Origin: Eutreptiella sp. 'Long Island Sound 2002' | Lineage: Eukaryota; Protista; Euglenida | DNA: 64,000 nucleotides | Assembly: GCA_964036045.1 (NCBI GenBank) | Contig: OZ038378.1 | Span: 97,588,001-97,652,000 of the forward strand | Reading direction: 5' to 3' | Shown here: piece after piece, positions 1 through 12,846 of the stretch | Layout of the letters: the number at the start of each line of letters is the position of its first letter | How positions within the stretch are numbered: position 1 is the stretch's first letter | Made by a program: the position numbers and the translations under genes | Notes under the pieces: generated by a model | The model's input: only the letters and a program-made list of their open reading frames with translations | Database searches by the model: none | What the model was told of the DNA's origin: nothing

Positions 1-1164
1 CAAGCGGCGCCTTCGTCTGAACATTGACGAGCGCACGTTGACGCAGATGGCCCGTGGTGACCCACGCAAACCCAAACCCAAGCCCGCCCCCGCACCCCGG
101 GAACGGTACCACCCCTATGGCCGAGGTCAACCCTACCCTAGTGCCACGCCCCATCCCACCCATCCACCTAGCCGGGGCGCAGAAACCCGTCCTAACATAT
201 TTCAAAACATAAGCAGGGTTCGATTCCCATGTCCATTGCCTGCCACGGCCGTTGTAGCCTCTCTGTAGTGTCTATCTAGCCATGTCTCAAAACTCTGCCT
301 CGGATTGCGCCTCGAGTGCCTCGCAGTGCGCGGCGGCCCCTACGGAAAGGAACGTCTGCACTGCCATAGAGGTTGGGGGGAATGCCGATACCATTGATGA
401 TGAGTGGGATACGGCGGGTACGTTAAAGGGATCTACTGCGTGCAATTGAAGACCCCTGCTTTGCGCCCAAGCCGCTCTGCTTCATCTCCGTTGACGACCG
501 CGCCATTTTTTTGCGAACCATACTGCTAAGCCAGTATCTACAATCAAAGTACAACAACACGTTTGAAAAGATAGTCAACAAAAAACACAGAAATGGAAGA
601 ACCCATAGCAGCTCAGAACCGGGGTCGCAACACGCCTTCTCGGCACCGCACCGGATTGGTGACGGTCTAGCGCCATGTATAGTTCCGTTGCCCCCCACTA
701 GAGGCGTAGTTACCCCCTAGGGATTCCGATACTCCGCAGGAGGCAAAAATCAAGGGGATGTGGCAACTACTCAAGTCCGTGCCGAGGGTGCCTTATGGAG
801 AAAAAGCCGCGTGGACGTACGAAGTGGTGAAACAATGGACAAAGAATGTGAACGACGCCGGCGCGCTTGCGGTCAAGAAACAACGCCTCATCCAATATGC
901 ACCCATCGTCATCATAATCCAACCCACCAAGGGGGTCAAGCCCGGTTTAGGCTCGGGACAGGGAGAAAGCGTAAGGCTGCGAATTTTGTTCCTTCTTGGT
1001 CTGTGTATTCTCATCCGATCTATATTCAGCATTTCGGACAAGATATTTGTTTTTGCTTGCACGGCCTCCTTGCACAGCCATCCAAGGGGTTCGGCATGCA
1101 CCACCCATTGCAACCATTTGTTTTTGTTTTATTTTTTCCGATCCAAGCTATATGGACCCCTAAA

Positions 1165-1185
1165 CTTAGCCGGCTCTTGAGGTCA
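1165..1185 (+). repeat. Left TIR of element A
   Basis: CTTAGCCGGCTCTTGAGGTCA, preceded by TSD CCTAAA. Confidence 0.92.
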
Positions 1186-1496
1186 CGGGCATAGCACTCC
1201 CGGGGCGCATGGGACCACCGTTTTAAAATGCTGTTTTTCAACCCCAAATTGGGAGATGTTGGTGAATGACATTTTTACCGGTGATTCCAACAACCTCTTT
1301 TTGTAGGTTATGTGCCTTTTCTTTGCATACTCGGACTTGAAAATGAGCCACCTACAAAAGACGAAACAAACAGTTTTTTGATGAGGTGTATGTACGTCAC
1401 ACATGAAACATACACAGCAACATTGACAGTTTCTGGGGGTACTTTTTTAGATAGACACAAACACCAATGCTTCTGATAGGAATGCATTACATGGTA

Positions 1497-4400
1497 TCAG
1501 CAGTGTAAATTGCAATACTGCAATGATGGACCTCCAAAGGCCGGATTCAAAATGTGATGAAAGCAGACAGCACTTCTCGTGCGAACAGGCACCGTAGCAG
1601 GCCCAAAAAAGTACAAGTTGCAAAATTTGCGCCCTGCAGAGCGCAAAAAAATCGAAACCATATAAAATCCACGCATCAAAAAGGGCTCAGAGAATTCATT
1701 TCTTGCCCTTCTTCGCTGGTGGCTTCGCCTGCTGGGCTTTTGCGGCCAGAGCATCCATGGCAGAAGTGGCATCGGGTGTTTGAGGGGTGTTCGGTGTTTT
1801 TTTTTCTTTGGGGGACGAGGAGTGCCATCTGAGGTCTTGCGCTTACTGCCCACTGGAGCATCAGCAGGTGCATCCAGGGCATCGACCTGCTCAATTTCAT
1901 CCTCAGACCTCTCCTCCTCTGGGGCCTGTACCTTGGCTACCTCACACAAACACCCCTCATCGATGCAGTGGAACAACTCCCGCCAGTCCACAATATAAAA
2001 ACAGTCCATTTGTGTTATGGTGGTCCCTAGCTGGCTCATGAACTCAGGCTTGTCAGCATACTTGCCTGTGTATGGAACCACAACAGAGGTTGATTCCGTC
2101 AGGCATCTGAAGAGGTGACAGGGCATCATAACATTAGAGGTGACTGCCAGAATCCAAGCAGATTCCTCAGGAGCTCGTGTATCGGTGGGCACAACCCTCA
2201 GAGCCTTCAGAAACCAACCAATAACAGGGAGTGACAGGGATGCCTTGTACTCGCCTTGATCATATCAAAAAAAGCTGGGTACCTTTATGCCTAACTTATG
2301 GGGGATTCCAAAATGCACTGTTCTCTGCACCATCCGCATAGTAGGATTGCCAGTAGTCTTATTGTACGTAGTAGTTGAGAGCCATTGGCAGCCATCACAG
2401 CTATCCAGCCCACACAATTGGTCGAGCAAGAACTTGAGTGCCTTGCCAGAACCCACAACGGCTATGGGGACCTCCTTGCCCAGTACCATGTCCAATAAGG
2501 GATGAACCTCACCCATTTACTCATCCTCAAGCTCCACAAGGATCTGCATGGGTACATAGGGATACTAGGAGTGGGTGGGGCAGTGCTGGGGGGGGGGGGG
2601 GCACACAGGCAACAGGCCCCCGGGGGGGGGGGGGGGGGTCAAACTGAATTCGGACATCGAGACATCCAGACAAAGAATTGTGCTATGGCAGTGCATACCG
2701 CAGCAAAAGGCGGGTATGCGGCGCCAGCAGGCAGGCCCCTGGTACCACCTAACGAGAAGATCCTCATTTCTCCCATAGCGTCATTCGCGTTGCCACCCTC
2801 AGTCGTCTGCAAAAGTGATGGTGATGCACCCATCTCCTTCAACGTCAATATTGCCAGTTTCTCTCCACTGTTGTCCACCTTTGGTATCACCGGCGGCTTT
2901 GACATAGCCAGTTGGAAGGGACGCCACTCCTCACTTGCCCAGAGCTTGCATTCCTCCACAAAAGACCAAGGAGGATACTCAGAATTTGCTGACCGGACCC
3001 AGTTGACAAAATTCAACTTAATTGCTGTATTTCTGGTCACCAGCTTCCGTACCAGTCAGTTGCTCTAGATTTCCTGGGAGGGCGCATGAATAAATCCACA
3101 CAAGGTGTTCGAATGACATTTCGGTAGCAATGCGCTCTGCGGAGCGCAAACGGATGCACAGGTCGAAATTTAATGTCGCATTTGGTGGTACAGGAAATTT
3201 TACGCTCTGCGGAGCGCAAATTAATGCACAGATCGGAATTTAACGGCTGATTTGGTGGTACAGGAAGTTTTACGCTCTGCAAAGCACAATACGACGGCAC
3301 TGTTGCTTTACGGGCCAGATTTGAGAGCACGCATACTTCGAGTTTCGTGGATCATGGTATTCTCTGGATGGAGGTACACGTACTCCCAGATGCGGTCATC
3401 CTTCAGTCTCCGGCATAATTTGTTGAACCCATGTAACGTTGCCTTGTCCGATGCCCAGTAATCGATGATCACCTGGCAGTGGTCCGCATCCAGGCCCAAT
3501 GCAGGTCGAAGGGTGGTACAGGTAATCCTTGCAGGCGGTAACAATGGTATACAGGACTGTTGGTGACGTGTTCTGTGACCCTAGGACACATCGAGCGGCA
3601 GGACATTACCTTCCTTGCAGACTCTCGCAACATTCTTCAGCCCAACCTCGCATCTGTTCTCGGTTGCTACCACCAGGCGCTGTCGGGGTCTCTAGACTTT
3701 CCACAGGTTCTCCTGACACCCAAAACCGAAGGAGGTTTACGTAGTAGTTGAGAGCCATTGGCAGCCATCACAGCTATCCAGCCCACACAATTGGTCGAGC
3801 AAGAACTTGAGTGCCTTGCCAGAACCCACAACGGCTATGGGGACCTCCTTGCCCAGTACCATGTCCAATAAGGGATGAACCTCACCCATTTACTCATCCT
3901 CAAGCTCCACAAGGATCTGCATGGGTACATAGGGATACTAGGAGTGGGTGGGGCAGTGCTGGGGGGGGGGGGGGCACACAGGCAACAGGCCCCCGGGGGG
4001 GGGGGTCAAACTGAATTCGGACATCGAGACATCCAGACAAAGAATTGTGCTATGGCAGTGCATACCGCAGCAAAAGGCGGGTATGCGGCGCCAGCAGGCA
4101 GGCCCCTGGTACCACCTAACGAGAAGATCCTCATTTCTCCCATAGCGTCATTCGCGTTGCCACCCTCAGTCGTCTGCAAAAGTGATGGTGATGCACCCAT
4201 CTCCTTCAACGTCAATATTGCCAGTTTCTCTCCACTGTTGTCCACCTTTGGTATCACCGGCGGCTTTGACATAGCCAGTTGGAAGGGACGCCACTCCTCA
4301 CTTGCCCAGAGCTTGCATTCCTCCACAAAAGACCAAGGAGGATACTCAGAATTTGCTGACCGGACCCAGTTGACAAAATTCAACTTAATTGCTGTATTTC

Positions 4401-6183
4401 TGGTCACCAGCTTCCGTACCAGTCAGTTGCTCTAGATTTCCTGGGAGGGCGCATGAATAAATCCACACAAGGTGTTCGAATGACATTTCGGTAGCAATGC
4501 GCTCTGCGGAGCGCAAACGGATGCACAGGTCGAAATTTAATGTCGCATTTGGTGGTACAGGAAATTTTACGCTCTGCGGAGCGCAAATTAATGCACAGAT
4601 CGGAATTTAACGGCTGATTTGGTGGTACAGGAAGTTTTACGCTCTGCAAAGCACAATACGACGGCACTGTTGCTTTACGGGCCAGATTTGAGAGCACGCA
4701 TACTTCGAGTTTCGTGGATCATGGTATTCTCTGGATGGAGGTACACGTACTCCCAGATGCGGTCATCCTTCAGTCTCCGGCATAATTTGTTGAACCCATG
4801 TAACGTTGCCTTGTCCGATGCCCAGTAATCGATGATCACCTGGCAGTGGTCCGCATCCAGGCCCAATGCAGGTCGAAGGGTGGTACAGGTAATCCTTGCA
4901 GGCGGTAACAATGGTATACAGGACTGTTGGTGACGTGTTCTGTGACCCTAGGACACATCGAGCGGCAGGACATTACCTTCCTTGCAGACTCTCGCAACAT
5001 TCTTCAGCCCAACCTCGCATCTGTTCTCGGTTGCTACCACCAGGCGCTGTCGGGGTCTCTAGACTTTCCACAGGTTCTCCTGACACCCAAAACCGAAGGA
5101 GGTTTCCAAAAATGCGCTCTGCACGGCGCAACGGGTATGAGACGTCAATAACTACCTTCATATTTAGGACACATGCAAGCAGAAGCGCTCTACAGAGCGC
5201 AAATTCACCAAACGCCACTATTTTAATGGGGACAGGCAATGAACCGGTTTCTCGGGTCCACGGAGCTGGCCAGCCTTTCGTAGCGCAGCCATCAGGGCTA
5301 GTTTTTCGTCTTGCTTCCACTCCTCACTTTCGTACTCCCACCAAATTGTATTGCCCACTTGGTACAGCTCCATGCCGGCCACGAACCACTGTTGCGCATT
5401 TGAGTCCCCAGTGACCTTTTCTCTGATGCTGAGCGGTGTGTCTGTCCTGCCAAATCTGCCACCACATAACCCATCCAGGTTGGGATCTCCTTTCGTTTCG
5501 CACATAACTCCTTCCACCATTCGTACGCCGCGGCAATCAGGTGTTGGAAGGCGATGACGTAAAAGATATTTGCTGCAGAGGACATAGGGGTACATGTGGC
5601 AATATTAAAATGAGGAATGACAGCACAGGAGCGCCCTGCAGAGCGCAACGAGACAAACACACTTATTATTGATACTGAAAATGGAGCAGACACATCAAGC
5701 TGCAGTCCCTGTGTACATTGCACCTAAAGATCGCCGGACGATGCACTCCAAATGCCTGTGAGGTGGATGCTGCTTGAAACTGGCCACCCGTGCCGCCACG
5801 AGTTGAGGATCCCTCTTGCGCACTTGCCGATACTCGCAATTGAGATCCTAGCGCAGTTTCTGGAAAGGGATCTTGAAGTGCTTTGGTTCCACCCACTCCG
5901 TGAGGCTGTTCTTCACCATTGCCTTTTCCATACTATCAATGTTCCGGGCCTTCGTTGCAGGATCGTCCTGAGAAGCATTCTTGGAGGGTGTCAAATAGGC
6001 CTCCAGGGCTTGTCTGAGATTTTTTGAGGTCTCATCTCCAGGAAGTGGCAACTCAGTCTCTGAAGGCTCCTCCATGTTGCGTAAAATGCAATGCCAAAAA
6101 GGGAGAAAACGCAAGAAAACAGGTGCATTGAAATCAGAAATGGGCAGAAATCTAAATTTACTGCTCACAATCGGATTCTTCAA
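1497..6183 (-). pseudogene. Second large ORF (ORF2) of element A, function unknown, disrupted and partly duplicated
   Basis: Fragments 5848-6183, 5218-5595, 4675-4911/3308-3544, 4006-4407/2639-3040, 2265-2516 and 1497-2192 are collinear with homologous blocks in ORF2 of element B. Confidence 0.65.
2365..5104. repeat. Near-perfect tandem duplication of about 1.37 kb (2365-3737 / 3738-5104)
   Basis: Identical ORF translations in both copies; the only differences I saw are G-run lengths (6 nt). Confidence 0.95.
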
Positions 6184-6199
6184 GAAGAAAAGACAAATC

Positions 6200-8327
6200 C
6201 TCTTCTAAACATGTGAATTCTTCAACCACATCACCATCTCAGCTAGACACAGTGATTATACTACGTTGGTCCACCATTTCCTCACAGTCATCACCGTTAT
6301 ACTCTTTTTGCACTTCGTCCTCACCATCTCGTACACCCACCAGGCCAACTTGGGGGCCAGGTGGTGCAGGAGGGGCTGGGGGGGGGGGGGGTGGACGCTG
6401 GCGGTATCATTGTGGGAGGGGGTTCCGTCTAAAGATGTGGTCCCTTTCCGCCATGGCCGCGGCGATTTCACGATGAGTATACCGTGGACACAATGAATTA
6501 AGCACATCTACAGTTTCATTGTCCACATCCACAGCACCTGCACGTGTGTGTAATGTTTTCACCAGAAAATCTTGCAGCCGTCGGGTTGAAAAGGGATCCC
6601 GCAGTTATCCCGGGAAAGCCATGGACTGCGGTTAGGTACCCACCACCTTCACCTGAGGAGCAGACGACCATTCCATAGGATGGGGGATACGGTCCGTATC
6701 CCGCACAAACATTGAAAGGTGCATCCGAATGGCATCTACAACGCGCTGCTGAAGCCTGCTGTTCTGCAAATCCTTTTTACCCCTTGTAGCCAGGGCCACT
6801 AGCAGGAAAGGGTCAATGGCCCCCTCGAGTTTGCAGGAGGTGGATGAGAATTGCCGCAACTTCTCAACAAATCGAGAGAGCATGGCCTCACAAGGTTCCT
6901 CGCTGTGCATACTGGGGCGGGGGGGGTTGTACCATACCATAGGACCCACAACAGTTTTGCTACTGCTAAGGTTCTGAGATATTCGTGTGAACCCTCAGAA
7001 CCATCAAACAATCGCAACACAGCCAACATACACATATTCAACAACAATTGTGCTGGGTGAGGCACTTGAACTCTACGCCCCGTAGACCAGTTGCAATCAC
7101 GGACCACCATACCCAAAATAAACAAATTGGGGACGTAATCATTCAACAAGTTGAAGATTGCCTCTGTTTGTTGCAAACGCTGTTGTTGCAGTACCGACCT
7201 ACTGCCAACTCGAGCGCTCTGTAGAACGCAAAGATTTTGTTTCAACTGTTGCAAGTACTGGGGGGCAACGAGTAACAGACTCATGAACAGCCTTTCCTTC
7301 CAAATGAGCTTGGAGTGTGTGTAAACATCCGGTTCAGGACTTTGTGGACCAGATGACAAAAAGCTACATAGAGAGAAGAATGTGCGATACACTGCTTCGC
7401 AGCAGTACTTGTACGCATGCCAGACACCATACACCATAGGACAGTAACGGAGAACATTATGAACCTTGTAGACGTCATATGTACTAGAGTACAACATTTT
7501 TGCCACACTGTAAAAAATCTTCATATCGATCAACATAGGCAGAACCCGGTTGGACTTCTGTTGCGGACTGACCACAAACTTCAAAATTCGAGCTAGATCA
7601 CACTGGGTGCCAGTAAGCAGTGGGGAAAGTAGAAGGGGTTTCCACTGCAAACTCTCAACCCCTTTGCGTTTCACATCTAAGGGGCACCTTACATCTGCCA
7701 TAGTGTAAGGGAGGCGTTTAGTGCATTGTCCAAGTTAGCAAGCAAAGTGTTATGACTTTGAACAACTGATGTCGCTATGTCCCCTATTTTGGAAAACAAA
7801 CTACCCAGTTGAGGGTATCCTAGAAAAACATCCAGTTCACGTTGCAGCGGCAGAATTGCAAATACAGAACATTTCAACGATGCCTTGGCACCAAATGGGG
7901 TGGGTAAGCAATGTTTCCTGTAGCAGTTGTCATACCACAAAAAACAAGGGGAACTGAAAAGCTCGTCTAGACGCTGAGCAGCAACATTGGAGGCCTGCCG
8001 TGATAAACTCGGGGCACTCTACAGACATAAACCAGTATAGGATAATTTACGGCGTGCTGCACGAGACATGGGAACGTCAGCCTCAACAGAACTACGCTTG
8101 GTACAGGGTTTCCATTGCTTATGCAATAACAAATAAAGATTGTATGACACCTTGCACAATTGATTAAACCAAGGCAAACCTTTACCCGTTACCTTCATAG
8201 TTGTCAACATCTGTTGAATGTCTCCGAAAGTTCGGTAATCACCTTGATCAGCCCTCAGTGCCATAAAAAATGCAAAGAACTGCAGGGCATAACCACCATG
8301 GGAATAAGCATGCTGCATTATATCCAC
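6200..8327 (-). pseudogene. Putative DDE-type transposase of element A (frameshifted), unclassified, Academ/DUF6589-like pattern
   Basis: ORF pieces 8019-8327, 7689-7940, 6799-7701 and 6632-6949 share ordered blocks with copy B: WYDN, PLDVKRKGVESLQWKPLLLS, LPMLIDMKIFY, YGVWHAYK, HSEEPCEAML, then a Pro-rich and acidic tail. It lies inside TIRs. The catalytic D-D-(H)-E reading is inference. Confidence 0.7.
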
Positions 8328-9365
8328 ACCTGAAATGTATTCTCGCTCCTACAAGAAGGCGCGGAACAGTGAGGCATCAATGGCACGAACAAGCCCGAAA
8401 AGAAACTAAATGAAGGGATACTGGTCAAGTAACGTTGCAGGGATACATGCCACGTTAAATCGATGAACAACAAGTAAATTTGTGCTACCAAAACAAGGAC
8501 AGTCAAAAACTTTGCGCTCTGCAGAGCGCAAACAATGCAGAACAACCAAAAACAGGGATCACCAGTGAGCATATCACGCTAAATGTGCTCTGCAGAGCGC
8601 TCCAGTCGGCAAAATAAGAAAAAACACCAATTGTCATGCGTTGTAAGCATTTGCGCTCTGCAGAGCGGAACACGGGCAACTGGTCAAGAATGGCTGTACT
8701 ATTCTGTGGCACAGAACATTGAATCATACTAACAAATGGGGGAACCACAAATACATGTCACAAAATGCGAATGTACCATACCTTGTCACCTTATAGGTCC
8801 TGGTGTCCCCTCCAGCCATGTACTGTCCCACACGACTGTCCAAAACCCAATGACGATCCATACATAACTTGACCAACCAACAAAATGTACTCCAAAATAG
8901 TACTTCGGCCAGATTTGCGCTCTCCAGAGTGCATGGAATAGGAATTGAAGGAGATGACGGGCTGATTTGTGGAGACAGGGTTTGGAGCGCTCTGCAGAGC
9001 GCAACAGGCCAGATTTGCATTAAAAAATCAAGTAACGTATGTTTGTGGATTGCTCGTAGGTGCGGCTTAACAATGGTTGTTCAGGCAACGGAGCGCTCTG
9101 CAGATCGCAAACACTTATAGTTGTTGAAAATCATGGCCTGAAGTGGACAGTTGGGCTTCCTTGCCCTCTGCAGAGCGCAACAGACTCGAGGTCCTTGAAA
9201 TTGGCGTTTGTTTTTGATGTTCCACACAGCGGACCTGTAAAGGGCTCAAGAAGCAATGTAACGAAAAGGGGTGTGAAACGTGCAAAGATGAAACCTCCAA
9301 TTTCCATCATGAAAACAGACACTTTCCAATTGCCCATTTTGGGTCTCATGCAGTGCCCGGAGTGC

Positions 9366-9386
9366 TGACCTAAAGAGCCGGCTAAG
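9366..9386 (-). repeat. Right TIR of element A
   Basis: TGACCTAAAGAGCCGGCTAAG, followed by TSD CCTAAA. Confidence 0.92.
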
Positions 9387-9542
9387 CCTAAAAGGGTTCA
9401 GCTAGGCTTCCACGATTTGATACACGGTAAGGCTTATGTCAGCCTTGGGATCAACTGCATGTCCGAAATGTATGTGCGAACGTTCGGAATGAATTGAAAG
9501 TACATGTTTTTGTGCATTCTTGTCATCCTAAATGTATGGGGA

Positions 9543-10618
9543 TTGAGAATTTGCTATTCAAAGTACGGGTTTGTGAGCCACCATAGCACCTAGATACCAC
9601 TGGGGGACATCTGTGGCTGTATGAGACTTTGAACCACTGGGACTTTGCGATTCAAAGTACGGGGGTCTGGGCCACCAGAGCACCTAGATACCATTGGGGA
9701 ACATCCCTGACTGAATGAGACTTTGAACCATGGCGAATATGCAATTCAAACTACGAGTTTCTGAGCCACTAGTGCACCTAGATACCGCTAGGGGACATCC
9801 CTGACTGTATGAGACTTTGAACCATTCGAAATTGGCGACTCATAGTACGGGTTTCTGGGCCACCAGAGCACCCAGATACCACTGGGGGACATCCCTAATT
9901 GTATGAGACTTTGAAACATTGGGGCTTTGCGATTCAAAGTACGGGTTTCTGAGCCACCAGAGCACCCAGATACCACTGGGGGACATCGCTGACTGTATTA
10001 GACTTTGAAACATTGGGAATTTGCGATTCAAAGTACGGGTTGGTAGGCCACCATAACACCCAGATATCACTGGGAAACATCCTTGACTGTATCAGACTTT
10101 GAACCATTGGGAAGTTGCGATTCAAAGTACGGGTTTCTGGGCCACCATAGCACCTAGATACCAATGGGGGACACCCTTGGCTGTATGAGAATTTTAACCA
10201 TTGGGAATTCGGGATTCAAAGTACGGGTTTCGGAGCCACCATAGCACCCAGATACCAGTGGCGGAGCTCCCTGACTATATTACACTTTGAACCATTGGGA
10301 TTTTGCGATTCAAAGTGCGGGTTTCTGAGCTACCGGTGCACCTACAAATCAATGGGTGACATCCCTGACTGCATGAGACTTTGAACCATTGGGATAGTGC
10401 GATTCGAAGTACGGGTTATGGAGCCACCAGAGCACCCACATACCACTAGGGGACATCCCTGACTGTATGAGACTTTGAACCATTGGGCATTTGCGATTCA
10501 AAGTACGGGTTTCGGAGCCGGCAGAGCACCCAAATACCACTGGGGGACACCCCTGATTGTATGAGACTTTGAACAATTGGGAATTTGCGATTCAAAGTAC
10601 GGGTTTTTCGAGCCACCA
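9543..10618. repeat. 94-bp tandem satellite, about 11.5 units
   Basis: The CAAAGTACGGG anchor recurs every 94 nt from 9559 to 10593, and whole units are similar along their length. Confidence 0.95.
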
Positions 10619-10711
10619 AAACAGCATGTACCATTCTGTGTACTAACATGTCCGAGCGTCCCACATTTTATATGGGTGATTTTGTGTACCAAGTGAAGAC
10701 GATTATAAGTA

Positions 10712-12180
10712 GTGAGTCGGCCTTCTTCGCCATCGTGTACACAGTGCCATGATCGCAACGGGCACACCCACAGGCCATCTCGGTTCCAAAGGAATTTTTG
10801 GCAACCCGTGGGTCATCTTGAGGAGGCGACCATTGAGTTCGATTCTTGGAGCCGGAAGATGTACAAGGTGCCCAAGGGACCTCGCTACGGGCGAGAAAAG
10901 ACGCAGAAGGTCAACAGAATTGCCCTCAAGGTGCGAAGGGGACTGGGGTTGTCCCGTGGCCAGTTGCACGTTCTGCACCGGCTATGCCCCAGCCTACACT
11001 GCAACGCCACGCAGCTTGCAAGGGAAGAAGAAATAACACTCCCCGTTTTCAACAGAGACATCACAAGCTCACGGCTCCTTGCACATGTCTGCTTTTTTCT
11101 GCCCCGGTTGCCATGAAAAAAAAAAATGCAACCGTGCCAACAGCCATCCACCCCTTTGTCACCGTTTATTTTCGCCGATGGTGTGTTCCCATGGGCTCGG
11201 GGGAATGTAAATTTGCAAGTAGCCGTCATGGACTGTGTGGGCAGTCTCATCCCCCACATGGACACCGGTGTACCTTGTAGCACCATGCTCGTGACGTGGC
11301 GGGAAATGTCCAAGAAGGCATCTAATACATGGCGCATGGAGAGACGCATAGAAGAACCGATCCTCCATCAGAAAAATAAATTTCCAATCTCACAGATCAG
11401 TGCCGTGCTAACCCCTGATTTCATGTGTGGTGACCACCATTATATTTGGTCCGAGACCCGCACCAACCGGTGTTCAGTGTGTGACTAGTCTCCGACGGAT
11501 CACATGCAAAAGCTCTTTTGGGGTACACACACCCCACCACCAATCCCGCTTTCCGTCTAGGTGCCGTTGACAATGTCGAGAACATGCAATTTGTGCAGCC
11601 CGTGCTGCACAATTTGAAGGGCACAGGGTCCCGCCTTTTTGGTATATGTGGGTGTGGTATGCATGGCACCCAGCAATTTGCATTCCTTGCTGTGCTCTCA
11701 AAGGTGGCAAAGCATTGTGTTGTGTCTCACACTACACAGCAAGCAGCTACAGTGACCAGCAACGCTTTGTTATCTGTACTGAGTCTCACAAGGTGTGAGT
11801 CGCGTGAGCTGTGGGCCAAGGTTGTTTTAGGCATGATTTTGCATCTGCCTTTCTACTGGGCTACCTTGTCACTATGCCTTGTGGCAGTGCTGCTTTATGC
11901 CAGTGACCTGGAATTGCCTACTGTTAAATGGAGAGCAACCGGTGCCCTACACACTTTTTTTACCACTGCTAGTCATGAAGTTGGCGGAGGGCGGGAGTAC
12001 AAGAACATTGTATCGCCATTCTTTGTTGCACACATGGGGTTTGCCCACATTGTCAGTATGCACTAGCGATGAGGCAGGGGAGAGCAACATCCATCTCAGC
12101 AAACGCTTTGCCCGGGTGACCTCAACAGTCCCGGACGACGGCATTCAGAAATGCTTGACTCATTAATTATACATGAAGCT
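10712..12180 (+). pseudogene. CxC + KDZ (Kyakuja-Dileera-Zisupton)-like transposase relic
   Basis: Ordered motifs across frames: FIFADGVFPW (CxC-type G.FP), RCSVCD*SPTDHMQKL, LFGICGCGMHG (G...C.HG), FVAHMGFAH (FH.yaH-like) and DEAGESNIHLSKRFARVTST (GE..E). Family assignment is from remembered motifs. Confidence 0.6.
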
Positions 12181-12660
12181 GTTGCACACAAGTGCAACTA
12201 GGCGCAAGGTCGCCTATCGCGGTCACAACGGCGGCCCATCATTCTCGAGCCTTGCATTTTGGGAGATGTTGAAGTGTGGCGGAACGGCATGGTGCACGCC
12301 CTGGCATTGTGGGCGTTCATTGGGGATGCCACCATGTACACGGATAAGAGTCCGCAAAGTTTGAACCTGGGACTGCGAGGGGTTCAGGGTCGCATTGGTG
12401 TTTGTTGTGTGTGTTGGCAGTGTGCCCACGTACAGAGCAGCACGCGACATTGGGAGCTATTTCATTTCATCACATTTCAGGCTTGGCCAATGTGGGGTGC
12501 AGCCAAGGAAGGGTGGCCTAGGAACCCCCCTCAAGATGACATGCTAGTGCACCGCTAAAGTAACGCACCATATTTATGGGGGGTGTTTTGGGAGTCAAAA
12601 TAAGCGTATAGGAACTATCACGACCTCGGTGTCGGACCAAGGGAGTCAACTCTTTTCGGG

Positions 12661-12815
12661 CAGGAACCCCCGTAGGAATCCCTTCTTAGACCCTCCCTGC
12701 ACCCTTCCTGGACCCCTTCCTGGTAGGAACCCCCCTTCCTAGACCCTTCCTAGACCCTTTGCTGGGCAGGACCCCCCCCCTTTCCTGGCCAGGAACCCCC
12801 CTTACTATGACCCTT
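12661..12815 (+). repeat. Pyrimidine-rich AGGAACCCCCTTCCT-type repeat block 1
   Basis: Iterated aggaacccccc/ttcct units; related to the blocks at 14951 and 16965. Confidence 0.85.
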
Positions 12816-12846
12816 CTTGCCCCTCAAAGGCAGCCCGGTTTTCGCA

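Larger units (their letters stand above)
1626..9181. repeat. Dispersed 22-bp palindrome TTTGCGCTCTGCAGAGCGCAAA, 18 copies within element A
   Basis: Perfect copy at 8511-8532. Variants start at 1626, 3129, 3199, 3269, 4496, 4566, 4636, 5111, 5182, 5628, 7211, 8582, 8650, 8914, 8984, 9090 and 9160. None noticed outside the TIRs. Confidence 0.9.
1165..9386 (-). mobile_element. TIR DNA transposon, copy A of a CTTAG-ended family
   Basis: Left end CTTAGCCGGCTCTTGAGGTCA (1165-1185) matches the reverse complement of 9366-9386 at 20/21. Weaker similarity (agcactcc..gcatg.gacc) continues inward. Flanked by direct CCTAAA at 1159-1164 and 9387-9392. Two minus-strand ORF relics are homologous to those of copy B. 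Confidence 0.92.

Noticed and set aside
38-1164. Named gene for the short ORFs left of element A
   Set aside because: Only a Pro-rich RYHPY-containing fragment and short ORFs with no recognisable domain.
1626-9181. Bacterial REP elements or intrinsic terminators
   Set aside because: No prokaryotic gene context, no U-tracts, and confinement to one eukaryotic transposon.
9543-10618. CRISPR-like array
   Set aside because: Units are similar along their whole 94 bp with no unique spacers; no cas genes; eukaryotic context.
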